Below, piece after piece: positions 11,501-25,800 of a stretch of DNA of 64,000 bases. The stretch covers positions 13,574,587 to 13,638,586 of the forward strand of contig CM120648.1 of NCBI GenBank assembly GCA_051362555.1. Reading direction: 5' to 3'. Position numbers and translations under genes: made by a program. Every line of letters begins with the position of its first letter. Position 1 is the stretch's first letter. Under the pieces are notes generated by a model. That model saw nothing but the letters and a program-made list of their open reading frames with translations. It did not search any database and was not told where the DNA came from. The DNA comes from Lingula anatina (taxonomy: Eukaryota > Animalia > Brachiopoda).

Positions 11501-13899
11501 TTGGTAGTAAGGAGAAGTCTTGATTGGGTATATGTTGTTTTTCAGAAGACAATAAGAGGTAATTTGCCACTTCCTACACAAACAAACACAAGTCAGCACA
11601 TTTGTTTTATTTGAGATAAAATGATTTATTGGAATATTGAAATATTTGTTTTTGTAAGTTCTCACTCTTCCACTATAAAATGGCCTTAAAAATACACTTT
11701 AATTAAACACAGGGATGTGATAATCTTTTCTCAGATTTTTATTGTTGTAAAGCATCATTTGTACAAATTTCACAAAGATTGGACCACGTTTGTCCAAATT
11801 ATTAACGTTTAACTATTTTGATCCATGGAATTTGCCATTGTTTTCAATGTAATTTTTAGTTTTCTCGAATATATTGTCCGAAAAATGGTTTTGATTACAC
11901 ACAGTCAACTGATAACCTTATCTGAGATTTTTATTGTTATTAGGCATCATTTATACCAATTTCACAAAGATTGGACCAGATTTGTGAAAATTATTAACAT
12001 TTAACTATTTTATTCCATGGAATTTGCCCTTTTTCCAGGTAAACCTTCCATTGCAGCCTTGTGGCTTCTTGGTTGACAGACTCTTCCTGTCTCTTTATGG
12101 CTAATGTCTATAGAAAAAAACAGGCATTGAAAGACAACATCAGGAGCAGTGGTCTGTATCATCCATGTGTGCAATACATGATATGTGGCAAGATTAAGGA
12201 CATGGTCAAATGGTGTGCTAACAGTCCGATTCCAGAAACCCACTGTAAGGATGAGTCTGCATCTGGTATTGGTAGTAAGGAGAAGTCTTGATTGGGTATA
12301 TGTTGTTTTTCAGAGAACAATAATAGGTAATTTGCCACTTCCTACACAAACAAACACAAGTCATCACATATATTGTTTTATTTGAGATAAAATGATTTAT
12401 TGGAATATTGAAATATTTGTTTTCATAAGTTCCCACTCTTCTGATATGAATTGGCAATAAAATACATTTAAATTAAACACAGGGATGTTATAACCTTTTC
12501 TCAGATTTTTATTGTTGTAAAGCATCATTTGTACAAATTTCACAAAGATTGGACCACATTTGTCAAAATTATTAACGTTTAACTATTTTGATCCATGGAA
12601 TTTGTCATTGTTTTCAATGTAATTTTTAGTTTTCTCGAATATATTGTCCAAAAAATGGTTTTGATTACACACAGTCAATTGATAATCTTATCTCAGATTT
12701 TTATTGTTATTAGGCATCATTTTTACCAATTTCACAAACATTGGACCAGATTTGTGAAAATTATTAACATTTAACTATTTTATTCCATGGAATTTTTCCT
12801 TTTTCCAGGTAAACCTTCCATTGCAGCCTTGTGGCTTCTTGGTTGACAGACTCTTCCTGTCTCTTTATGGCTAATGTCTATAGAAAAAAAAGGCATTGAA
12901 AGACAACATCAGGAGCAGTGCTCTTTCTCATCCATGTGTGCAATTCATGATATGTGGCAAGATTAAGGACATGGTCAAATGGTGTGCTAACAGTCCGATT
13001 CCAGAAACCCACTGTAAGGATGAGTTTGCATCTGGTATTGGTAGTAAGGAGAAGTCTTGATTGGGTATATGTTGTTTTTCAGAGAACAATAATAGGTAAT
13101 TTGCCACTTCTTACATAAACAAACACAAGTCATCACATATGTTGTTTTATTTGAGATAAAATGATTTATTGGAATATTGAAATATTTGTTTTTGTAAGTT
13201 CTCACTCTTCCACTATAAAATGGCCTTAAAAATACACTTTAATTAAACACAGGGATGTGATAATCTTTTCTCAGATTTTTATTGTTGTAAAGCATCATTT
13301 GTACAAATTTCACAAAGATTGGACCACGTTTGTCCAAATTATTAACGTTTAACTATTTTGATCCATGGAATTTGCCATTGTTTTCAATGTAATTTTTAGT
13401 TTTCTCGAATATATTGTCCGAAAAATGGTTTTGATTACACACAGTCAACTGATAACCTTATCTGAGATTTTTATTGTTATTAGGCATCATTTATACCAAT
13501 TTCACAAAGATTGGACCAGATTTGTGAAAATTATTAACATTTAACTATTTTATTCCATGGAATTTGCCCTTTTTCCAGGTAAACCTTCCATTGCAGCCTT
13601 GTGGCTTCTTGGTTGACAGACTCTTCCTGTCTCTTTATGGCTAATGTCTATAGAAAAAAACAGGCATTGAAAGACAACATCAGGAGCAGTGGTCTGTATC
13701 ATCCATGTGTGCAATACATGATATGTGGCAAGATTAAGGACATGGTCAAATGGTGTGCTAACAGTCCGATTCCAGAAACCCACTGTAAGGATGAGTCTGC
13801 ATCTGGTATTGGTAGTAAGGAGAAGTCTTGATTGGGTATATGTTGTTTTTCAGAGAACAATAATAGGTAATTTGCCACTTCCTACACAAACCAACACAA

Positions 13900-16800
13900 G
13901 TCATCACATTTGTTGTTTTATTAGAGATAAAATGATTTATTGAAATATTGAAATATTTGTTTTTGTAAGTTTTCACTCTTCCACTATAAATGGCCATAAA
14001 ATACACTTAAATTAGACACCCGTGACGTGATAAGTTTTTGTCAGATTTTCATTGTTGTAAAGCATCATTTGTACAAATTTCACAAAGATTGGACCACATT
14101 TGTCAAAATTATTAACGTTTAACAATTTTGATCCATGGAATTGGCCATTGTTTTCAACGTAATTTTAAGTTTTCTTGAATATATTATGCGAAAAAATCCA
14201 TTTCATTAGACACAGGCAATTGATAATCTTATCTCAGATTATTACAGTTGTTAAGCATCATTTGTACAAATATCACAAACATAAGACCACATTTGTCAAA
14301 ACTATTAACATTAAACTATTTTTATCCATGGGATTTGCCATTGTTTTCAAGGTAATTTTTAGTTTTCTGAAATATATTGTCCGAAAAATAGTTTTGATTA
14401 CACACAGTTAACTGATAATGTTATCTCAGATTTTTATTGTTATTAGGCATCATTTATACAAATTTCACAAACATTGGACAAGATTTGTGAAAATTATTAA
14501 CATTTAACTATTTTATTCCATGGAATTTTCCCTTTTTCCAGGTAAGCCTTCCCTTGCAGCCTTGTGGCTTCTTGGTTGACAGACTCTACCTGTCTCTTCA
14601 TTGCTAATGTCTATAGAAATAACAGGCATTGAAAGACAACATGGAGAGCAGTGTTATATCTCATCCATGTGTGCAATACATGATATGTGGCAAGATTAAG
14701 GACATGGTCAAATGGTGTGCTAACAGTCCTATTCCAGAAACCCACTGTAAGGATGAGTCTGCATCTGGTATTGGTAGTAAGGAGAAGTCTTGCTTGGTTA
14801 TATGTTGTTTTTTAGAGAACAATAATAGGTAATTTGCCATTTCCTACACAAACAAACACAAGTCATCACATTTGTTGTTTTATTTGAGATAAAATGATTT
14901 ATTGGAATATTGAAATATTTGTTTTTGTAAGTTCTCACTCCTCTGATATGAGTTGGCCATAAAATACACTTAAATTAAACACAGGGATGTGATAATCTTT
15001 TCTCAGATTTTTATTGTTGTAAACCATCATTTGTACAAATTTCACAAAGATTGGACCACATTTGTCAAAATTATTAACGTTTAACTATTTTGATCCATGT
15101 AATTTGCCATTGTTTTCAATGTAATTTTTAGTTTTCTCGAATATATTCTCCGAAAAACAGTTTTGATTACACACAGTCAACTGATAATCTTATCTCAGAT
15201 TTTTATTGTTATTAGGCATCATTTATACAAATTTCACAAAGATTAGACCAGATTTGTGAAAATTATTAACGTTTAACTATTTTGATCCATGTAATTTGCC
15301 ATTGTTTTCAATGTAATTTTTAGTTTTCTCGAATATATTGTCCGAAAAATAGTTTTGATTACACACAGTCAACTGATAATCTTATCTCAGATTTTTATTG
15401 TTATTAGGCATCATTTATACAAATTTCACAAAGATTGGACCAGATTTGTGAAAATTATTAACATTTAACTATTTTATTCCATGGAATTTTCCCTTTTTCC
15501 AGGTAAACCTTCCATTGCAGCCTTGTGGCTTCTTGGTTGACAGACTCTTCCTGTCTCTTTATGGCTAATGCCTATAGAAAAAACAGGCATTGAAAGACAA
15601 CATCAGGAGCAGTGCTCTGTCTCATCCATATGTACAATTCATGATATTTGGGAAGATTTAAGACATGGTCAAACGGTGTGCTAAGAGTCCGATTCCAGAA
15701 ACCCACTGTAAGGAGGAATCTGCATCTTCCATCTGCATCTGGTATTGGTAGTAAGGAGAAGTCTTGATTGGGTATATGTTGTTTTTCAGAAGACAATAAT
15801 AGGTAATTTGCCACTTCCTACACAAACAAACACAAGTCATCACATTTGTTGTTTTATTTGAGATAAAATGATTTATTGGAATATTGAAATATTTGTTTTT
15901 GTCAGTTCTCACTCTTCCACTATAAATGGCCATAAAATACATTTAAATTAGACACCCATGACGTGATAAGTTTTTGTCAGATTTTAATTGTTGTAAAGCA
16001 TCATTTGTACAAATTTCACAAAGATTGGACAACATTTATCAAAATTATTAACGTTTAACTATTTTGATCCATGGAATTTGCCATTGTTTTCAACGTAATT
16101 TTTGTTTTTCTTCAATATATTATGCGAAAAAATCCATTTCATTAGACACAGGCAATTGATAATCTTATCTCAGATTATTACAGTTTTTAAGCATCATTTG
16201 TACAAATATCACAAACATTAGACCACATTTGTCAAAACTATTAACATTTAACTATTTTTATCCATGGGATTTGCCATTGTTTTCAAGGTAATTTTTAGTT
16301 TTCTGAAATATATTGTCCGAAAAATAGTTTTGATTACACACAGTTCAATGATAATGTTATCTCAGATTTTTATTGTTATTAGGTATCATTTATACAAATT
16401 TCACAAACATTGGACCAGATTTGTGAAAATTATCAACATTTAACTATTTCATTCCATGGAATTTTCCCTTTTTCCAGGTAAACCTTCCATTGCAGCCTTG
16501 TGGCTTCTTGGTTGACAGACTCTTCCTGTCTCTTTATTGCTAATGTCTATATAAAAAAACAGGCATTGAAAGACAACATGAAGAGCAGTGCTATGTCTCA
16601 TCCATGTGTGCAATACGTGATATTTGGGAAGATTTAGGACATGATCAAAGGGTTTGCTAACAGTCTAATTCCAGAAACCCACTGAAGGATGAGTCTGCAT
16701 CTGGTATTGGTAGTAAGGAGAAGTCTTGATTGGGTATATGTTGTATGTCAGAAGACAATAAAAGGTAATTTGCCACTTCCTACACAAACAAACACAAGTC

Positions 16801-19800
16801 ATCACATTTGTTGTTTTATTTGAGATAAAATGATTTATTGGAATATTGAAATATTTATTTTTGTAAGTTTTCACTCTTCCACTATAAATGGCCATAAAAT
16901 ACACTTAAATTAGACACCCGTGACGTGATAAGTTTTTCTCAGATTTTTATTGTTGTAAAGCATCATTTGATCAAATTTCACAAAGATTGGGCTAGATTTG
17001 TTAAAATTATTAATGTTTAACTATTTTAAGTTTTGCAATTTGCCATTGTTTTCAATGTAAGTTTTAGTTTTCTGGAATATATTGTGTGAAAAAGTCCATT
17101 TCATTAGACACAGGAAACTGATAATGTTTTCTCAGATTTTTACAGTTGTTAAGCATCATTTGTCCAAATTTCACAAACATTAGACCACATTTGTCAAAAT
17201 TATTAACATTTAACTATTTTAATCCATGTAATTTGCCATTGTTTTCAACATAATTTTTTGGTTTTCTCGAATATGTTGTGCAAAAAATCACTTTCATTAC
17301 ACGCAGTCAATTGATAATTTTATCTCAAATTTTTACATTTATTAGGCATCATTTACACAAATTTCACAAACATTGGACAAGATTTGTGAAAATTATTAAC
17401 ATTTAACTATTTTATTCCATGGAATTTTCCCTTTTTCCAGGTAAGCCTTCCCTTGCAGCCTTGTGGCTTCTTGGTTGACAGACTCTACCTGTCTCTTCAT
17501 TGCTAATGTCAATAGAAAAAACAGGCATTGAAAGACAACATGGAGAGCAGTGTTATATCTCATCCATGTGTGCAATACATGATATGTGGCAAGATTAAGG
17601 ACATGGTCAAATGGTGTGCTAACAGTCCGATTCCAGAAACCCACTATAAGGATGAGTCTGCATCTGGAATTGGTAGTAAGGAGAAGTCTTGCTTGGTTAT
17701 ATGTTGTTTTTCAGAGAACAATAACAGGTAATTTGCCATTTCCTACACAAACAAACACAAGTCATCACATATGTTGTTTTATTTGAGATAAAATGATTTA
17801 TTGGAATATTGAAATATTTGTTTTTCGTAAGTTCTCACTCTTCTGATATGAATTGACAATAAAATACACTTAAATTAAACACAGGGATGTGATAATTTTT
17901 TCTCAGATTTTTATTGTTGTAAAGCATCATTAGTACATATTTCACAAAGATTGGACCACAGTTGTCACAATAATTAATGTTTAACTATTTTGATCCATGG
18001 AATTTGCCATTGTTTTCAATGTAATTTTTAGTTTTCTTGAATATAATGTCCGAAAAATAGTTTTGATTACACACAGTTAACTGATAATCTTATCTCAGAT
18101 TTTTATTGTTATTAGGCATCATTTATACAAATTTCACAAACATTGGACCAGATTTGTGAAAATTATTAACATTTAACTATTTTATTCCATGGAATTTTCC
18201 TTTTTCCAGGTAAGCCTTCCATTGCAGCCTTGTGGCTTCTTGGTTGACAGACTCTTCCTGTCTCGTTATGGCTAATGCCTATAGAAATGACAAGCATTGA
18301 AAGACAACATCAGGAGCAGCTGTGCTCCGTCTCATCCATGTGTGCAATACATGATATGTGGCAAGATTAAATACATGGTCAAATGGTGTGCTAACAGTCC
18401 GATTCCAGAAACCCACTGTAAGGATGAGTCTGCATCTGGTATTGGTAGTAAGGAGAAGTCTTGATTGGGTATATGTTGTTTTTCAGAAGACAATAACAGG
18501 TAATTTGCCACTTTCTACACAAACCAACACAAGTCATCACATATGTTGTTTTATTTGAGATAAAATGATTTATTGAAATATTGAAATATTTGTTTTTCGT
18601 AAGTTCTCACTCTTCTGATATAAATTATCAATAAAATACACTTAAATTAAACACAGGGATGTGATAACCTTTTCTCAGATTTTTATTGTTGTAAAGCATC
18701 ATTTGTACAAATTTCACAAAGATTAGACCAGATTTGTGAAAATTATTAACGTTTAACTATTTTGATCCATGTAATTTGCCATTGTTTTCAATGTAATTTT
18801 TAGTTTTCTCGAATATATTGTCCGAAAAATAGTTTTGATTACACACAGTCAACTGATAATCTTATCTCAGATTTTTATTGTTATAAGGCATCATTTATAC
18901 AAATTTCACAAACATTGGACCAGATTTGTGAAAATTATTAATGTTTAACTATTTTGATCCATGGATTTTGCCCTTTTTCCAGGTAAACCTTCCATTGCAG
19001 CCTTGTGGCTTCTTGGTTGACAGACTCTTCCTGTCTCTTTATGGCTAATGCCTATAGAAAAAAACAGGCATTGAAAGACAACATCAGGAGTAGTGCTCTG
19101 TCTCATCCATGTTTGCAATACATGATATGTGGCAAGATTAAGGACATGGTCAAATGGTGTGCTAACAGTCCGATTCCAGAAACCCACAGTAAGGATGTGT
19201 CTGCATCTGGTATTGGTAGTAAGGAGAAGTCTTGATTGGGTATATGTTGTATTTCAGAGAACAATAATAGGTTATTTACCACTTCCTACACAAACCAACA
19301 CAAGTCATCACATTTGTTGTTTTATTAGAGATAAAATGATTTATTGAAATATTGAAATATTTGTTTTTTGTAAGTTTCCACTTTTCTGATATGAACTGGC
19401 AGTAAAAAACACTTAAATTAAACACAGGGATGTGATAAGCTTTTCTCAGATTTTTATTGTTGTAAAGCATCATTTGTACAAATTTCACAAAGATTGGACC
19501 ACAGTTGTCACAATAATTAATGTTTAACTATTTTGATCCATGGAATTTGTCATTGTTTTCAATGTAATTTTTAGTTTTTTCAAATATATTGTCCGAAAAA
19601 TAGTTTTGATTACACACAGTCAACTGATAATCTTATCTCAGATTTTTACATTTATTAGGCATCATTTACACAAATTTCACAAAGATTGGACCAGATTTGT
19701 GAAAATTATTAACATTTAACTATTTTATTCCATGGAATTTGCCCTTTTTCCAGGTAAACCTTCCATTGCAGCCTTGTGGCTTCTTGGTTGACAGACTCTT

Positions 19801-22800
19801 CCTGTCTCTTCATGGCTAATGTCTATAGAAAAAAACAGGCATTGAAAGACAACATGAAGAGCAGTGCTCTGTCTCATCCATGTGTGCAATACATGATATG
19901 TGGCAAGATTAAGGACATGATCAAATGGTGTGCTAACAGTCCGATTCCAGAAACCCACTGAAAGGATGAGTCTGCATCTGGTATTGGTAGTAAGGAGAAG
20001 TCTTGATTGGGTATATGTTGTTTTTCAGAGAACAATAATAGGTTATTTACAACTTCCTACACAAACCAACACAAGTCATCACATTTGTTGTTTTATTAGA
20101 GATAAAATGATTTATTGAAATATTGAAATATTTGTTTTTGTAAGTTTTCACTCTTCCACTATAAATGGCCATAAAATACACTTAAATTAGACACCCGTGA
20201 CGTGATAAGTTTTTGTCAGATTTTCATTGTTGTAAAGCATCATTTGTACAAATTTCACAAAGATTGGACCACATTTGTCAAAATTATTAACGTTTAACAA
20301 TTTTGATCCATGGAATTGGCCATTGTTTTCAACGTAATTTTAAGTTTTCTTGAATATATTATGCGAAAAAATCCATTTCATTAGACACAGGCAATTGATA
20401 ATCTTATCTCAGATTATTACAGTTGTTAAGCATCATTTGTACAAATATCACAAACATAAGACCACATTTGTCAAAACTATTAACATTAAACTATTTTTAT
20501 CCATGGGATTTGCCATTGTTTTCAAGGTAATTTTTAGTTTTCTGAAATATATTGTCCGAAAAATAGTTTTGATTACACACAGTTAACTGATAATGTTATC
20601 TCAGATTTTTATTGTTATTAGGCATCATTTATACAAATTTCACAAACATTGGACAAGATTTGTGAAAATTATTAACATTTAACTATTTTATTCCATGGAA
20701 TTTTCCCTTTTTCCAGGTAAGCCTTCCCTTGCAGCCTTGTGGCTTCTTGGTTGACAGACTCTACCTGTCTCTTCATTGCTAATGTCTATAGAAAAAACAG
20801 GCATTGAAAGACAACATGGAGAGCAGTGTTATATCTCATCCATGTGTGCAATACATGATATGTGGCAAGATTAAGGACATGGTCAAATGGTGTGCTAACA
20901 GTCCTATTCCAGAAACCCACTGTAAGGATGAGTCTGCATCTGGTATTGGTAGTAAGGAGAAGTCTTGCTTGGTTATATGTTGTTTTTTAGAGAACAATAA
21001 TAGGTAATTTGCCATTTCCTACACAAACAAACACAAGTCATCACATTTGTTGTTTTATTTGAGATAAAATGATTTATTGGAATATTGAAATATTTGTTTT
21101 TGTAAGTTCTCACTCCTCTGATATGAGTTGGCCATAAAATACACTTAAATTAAACACAGGGATGTGATAATCTTTTCTCAGATTTTTATTGTTGTAAACC
21201 ATCATTTGTACAAATTTCACAAAGATTGGACCACATTTGTCAAAATTATTAACGTTTAACTATTTTGATCCATGTAATTTGCCATTGTTTTCAATGTAAT
21301 TTTTAGTTTTCTCGAATATATTCTCCGAAAAACAGTTTTGATTACACACAGTCAACTGATAATCTTATCTCAGATTTTTATTGTTATTAGGCATCATTTA
21401 TACAAATTTCACAAAGATTAGACCAGATTTGTGAAAATTATTAACGTTTAACTATTTTGATCCATGTAATTTGCCATTGTTTTCAATGTAATTTTTAGTT
21501 TTCTCGAATATATTGTCCGAAAAATAGTTTTGATTACACACAGTCAACTGATAATCTTATCTCAGATTTTTATTGTTATTAGGCATCATTTATACAAATT
21601 TCACAAAGATTGGACCAGATTTGTGAAAATTATTAACATTTAACTATTTTATTCCATGGAATTTTCCCTTTTTCCAGGTAAACCTTCCATTGCAGCCTTG
21701 TGGCTTCTTGGTTGACAGACTCTTCCTGTCTCTTTATGGCTAATGCCTATAGAAAAAACAGGCATTGAAAGACAACATCAGGAGCAGTGCTCTGTCTCAT
21801 CCATATGTACAATTCATGATATTTGGGAAGATTTAAGACATGGTCAAACGGTGTGCTAAGAGTCCGATTCCAGAAACCCACTGTAAGGAGGAATCTGCAT
21901 CTTCCATCTGCATCTGGTATTGGTAGTAAGGAGAAGTCTTGATTGGGTATATGTTGTTTTTCAGAAGACAATAATAGGTAATTTGCCACTTCCTACACAA
22001 ACAAACACAAGTCATCACATTTGTTGTTTTATTTGAGATAAAATGATTTATTGGAATATTGAAATATTTGTTTTTGTCAGTTCTCACTCTTCCACTATAA
22101 ATGGCCATAAAATACATTTAAATTAGACACCCATGACGTGATAAGTTTTTGTCAGATTTTAATTGTTGTAAAGCATCATTTGTACAAATTTCACAAAGAT
22201 TGGACAACATTTATCAAAATTATTAACGTTTAACTATTTTGATCCATGGAATTTGCCATTGTTTTCAACGTAATTTTTGTTTTTCTTCAATATATTATGC
22301 GAAAAAATCCATTTCATTAGACACAGGCAATTGATAATCTTATCTCAGATTATTACAGTTTTTAAGCATCATTTGTACAAATATCACAAACATTAGACCA
22401 CATTTGTCAAAACTATTAACATTTAACTATTTTTATCCATGGGATTTGCCATTGTTTTCAAGGTAATTTTTAGTTTTCTGAAATATATTGTCCGAAAAAT
22501 AGTTTTGATTACACACAGTTCAATGATAATGTTATCTCAGATTTTTATTGTTATTAGGTATCATTTATACAAATTTCACAAACATTGGACCAGATTTGTG
22601 AAAATTATCAACATTTAACTATTTCATTCCATGGAATTTTCCCTTTTTCCAGGTAAACCTTCCATTGCAGCCTTGTGGCTTCTTGGTTGACAGACTCTTC
22701 CTGTCTCTTTATTGCTAATGTCTATATAAAAAAACAGGCATTGAAAGACAACATGAAGAGCAGTGCTATGTCTCATCCATGTGTGCAATACGTGATATTT

Positions 22801-25800
22801 GGGAAGATTTAGGACATGATCAAAGGGTTTGCTAACAGTCTAATTCCAGAAACCCACTGAAGGATGAGTCTGCATCTGGTATTGGTAGTAAGGAGAAGTC
22901 TTGATTGGGTATATGTTGTATGTCAGAAGACAATAAAAGGTAATTTGCCACTTCCTACACAAACAAACACAAGTCATCACATTTGTTGTTTTATTTGAGA
23001 TAAAATGATTTATTGGAATATTGAAATATTTATTTTTGTAAGTTTTCACTCTTCCACTATAAATGGCCATAAAATACACTTAAATTAGACACCCGTGACG
23101 TGATAAGTTTTTCTCAGATTTTTATTGTTGTAAAGCATCATTTGATCAAATTTCACAAAGATTGGGCTAGATTTGTTAAAATTATTAATGTTTAACTATT
23201 TTAAGTTTTGCAATTTGCCATTGTTTTCAATGTAAGTTTTAGTTTTCTGGAATATATTGTGTGAAAAAGTCCATTTCATTAGACACAGGAAACTGATAAT
23301 GTTTTCTCAGATTTTTACAGTTGTTAAGCATCATTTGTCCAAATTTCACAAACATTAGACCACATTTGTCAAAATTATTAACATTTAACTATTTTAATCC
23401 ATGTAATTTGCCATTGTTTTCAACATAATTTTTTGGTTTTCTCGAATATGTTGTGCAAAAAATCACTTTCATTACACGCAGTCAATTGATAATTTTATCT
23501 CAAATTTTTACATTTATTAGGCATCATTTACACAAATTTCACAAAGATTGGACAAGATTTGTCAAAACTATTAACATTTAACTATTTTTATCCATGGAAT
23601 TTTCCCTTTTTCCAGGTAAGCCTTCCCTTGCAGCCTTGTGGCTTCTTGGTTGACAGACTCTACCTGTCTCTTCATTGCTAATGTCAATAGAAAAAACAGG
23701 CATTGAAAGACAACATGGAGAGCAGTGTTATATCTCATCCATGTGTGCAATACATGATATGTGGCAAGATTAAGGACATGGTCAAATGGTGTGCTAACAG
23801 TCCGATTCCAGAAACCCACTATAAGGATGAGTCTGCATCTGGAATTGGTAGTAAGGAGAAGTCTTGCTTGGTTATATGTTGTTTTTCAGAGAACAATAAC
23901 AGGTAATTTGCCATTTCCTACACAAACAAACACAAGTCATCACATATGTTGTTTTATTTGAGATAAAATGATTTATTGGAATATTGAAATATTTGTTTTT
24001 CGTAAGTTCTCACTCTTCTGATATGAATTGACAATAAAATACACTTAAATTAAACACAGGGATGTGATAATTTTTTCTCAGATTTTTATTGTTGTAAAGC
24101 ATCATTAGTACATATTTCACAAAGATTGGACCACAGTTGTCACAATAATTAATGTTTAACTATTTTGATCCATGGAATTTGCCATTGTTTTCAATGTAAT
24201 TTTTAGTTTTCTTGAATATAATGTCCGAAAAATAGTTTTGATTACACACAGTTAACTGATAATCTTATCTCAGATTTTTATTGTTATTAGGCATCATTTA
24301 TACAAATTTCACAAACATTGGACCAGATTTGTGAAAATTATTAACATTTAACTATTTTATTCCATGGAATTTTCCTTTTTCCAGGTAAGCCTTCCATTGC
24401 AGCCTTGTGGCTTCTTGGTTGACAGACTCTTCCTGTCTCGTTATGGCTAATGCCTATAGAAATGACAAGCATTGAAAGACAACATCAGGAGCAGCTGTGC
24501 TCCGTCTCATCCATGTGTGCAATACATGATATGTGGCAAGATTAAATACATGGTCAAATGGTGTGCTAACAGTCCGATTCCAGAAACCCACTGTAAGGAT
24601 GAGTCTGCATCTGGTATTGGTAGTAAGGAGAAGTCTTGATTGGGTATATGTTGTTTTTCAGAAGACAATAACAGGTAATTTGCCACTTTCTACACAAACC
24701 AACACAAGTCATCACATATGTTGTTTTATTTGAGATAAAATGATTTATTGAAATATTGAAATATTTGTTTTTCGTAAGTTCTCACTCTTCTGATATAAAT
24801 TATCAATAAAATACACTTAAATTAAACACAGGGATGTGATAACCTTTTCTCAGATTTTTATTGTTGTAAAGCATCATTTGTACAAATTTCACAAAGATTA
24901 GACCAGATTTGTGAAAATTATTAACGTTTAACTATTTTGATCCATGTAATTTGCCATTGTTTTCAATGTAATTTTTAGTTTTCTCGAATATATTGTCCGA
25001 AAAATAGTTTTGATTACACACAGTCAACTGATAATCTTATCTCAGATTTTTATTGTTATAAGGCATCATTTATACAAATTTCACAAACATTGGACCAGAT
25101 TTGTGAAAATTATTAATGTTTAACTATTTTGATCCATGGATTTTGCCCTTTTTCCAGGTAAACCTTCCATTGCAGCCTTGTGGCTTCTTGGTTGACAGAC
25201 TCTTCCTGTCTCTTTATGGCTAATGCCTATAGAAAAAAACAGGCATTGAAAGACAACATCAGGAGTAGTGCTCTGTCTCATCCATGTTTGCAATACATGA
25301 TATGTGGCAAGATTAAGGACATGGTCAAATGGTGTGCTAACAGTCCGATTCCAGAAACCCACAGTAAGGATGTGTCTGCATCTGGTATTGGTAGTAAGGA
25401 GAAGTCTTGATTGGGTATATGTTGTATTTCAGAGAACAATAATAGGTTATTTACCACTTCCTACACAAACCAACACAAGTCATCACATTTGTTGTTTTAT
25501 TAGAGATAAAATGATTTATTGAAATATTGAAATATTTGTTTTTTGTAAGTTTCCACTTTTCTGATATGAACTGGCAGTAAAAAACACTTAAATTAAACAC
25601 AGGGATGTGATAAGCTTTTCTCAGATTTTTATTGTTGTAAAGCATCATTTGTACAAATTTCACAAAGATTGGACCACAGTTGTCACAATAATTAATGTTT
25701 AACTATTTTGATCCATGGAATTTGTCATTGTTTTCAATGTAATTTTTAGTTTTTTCAAATATATTGTCCGAAAAATAGTTTTGATTACACACAGTCAACT

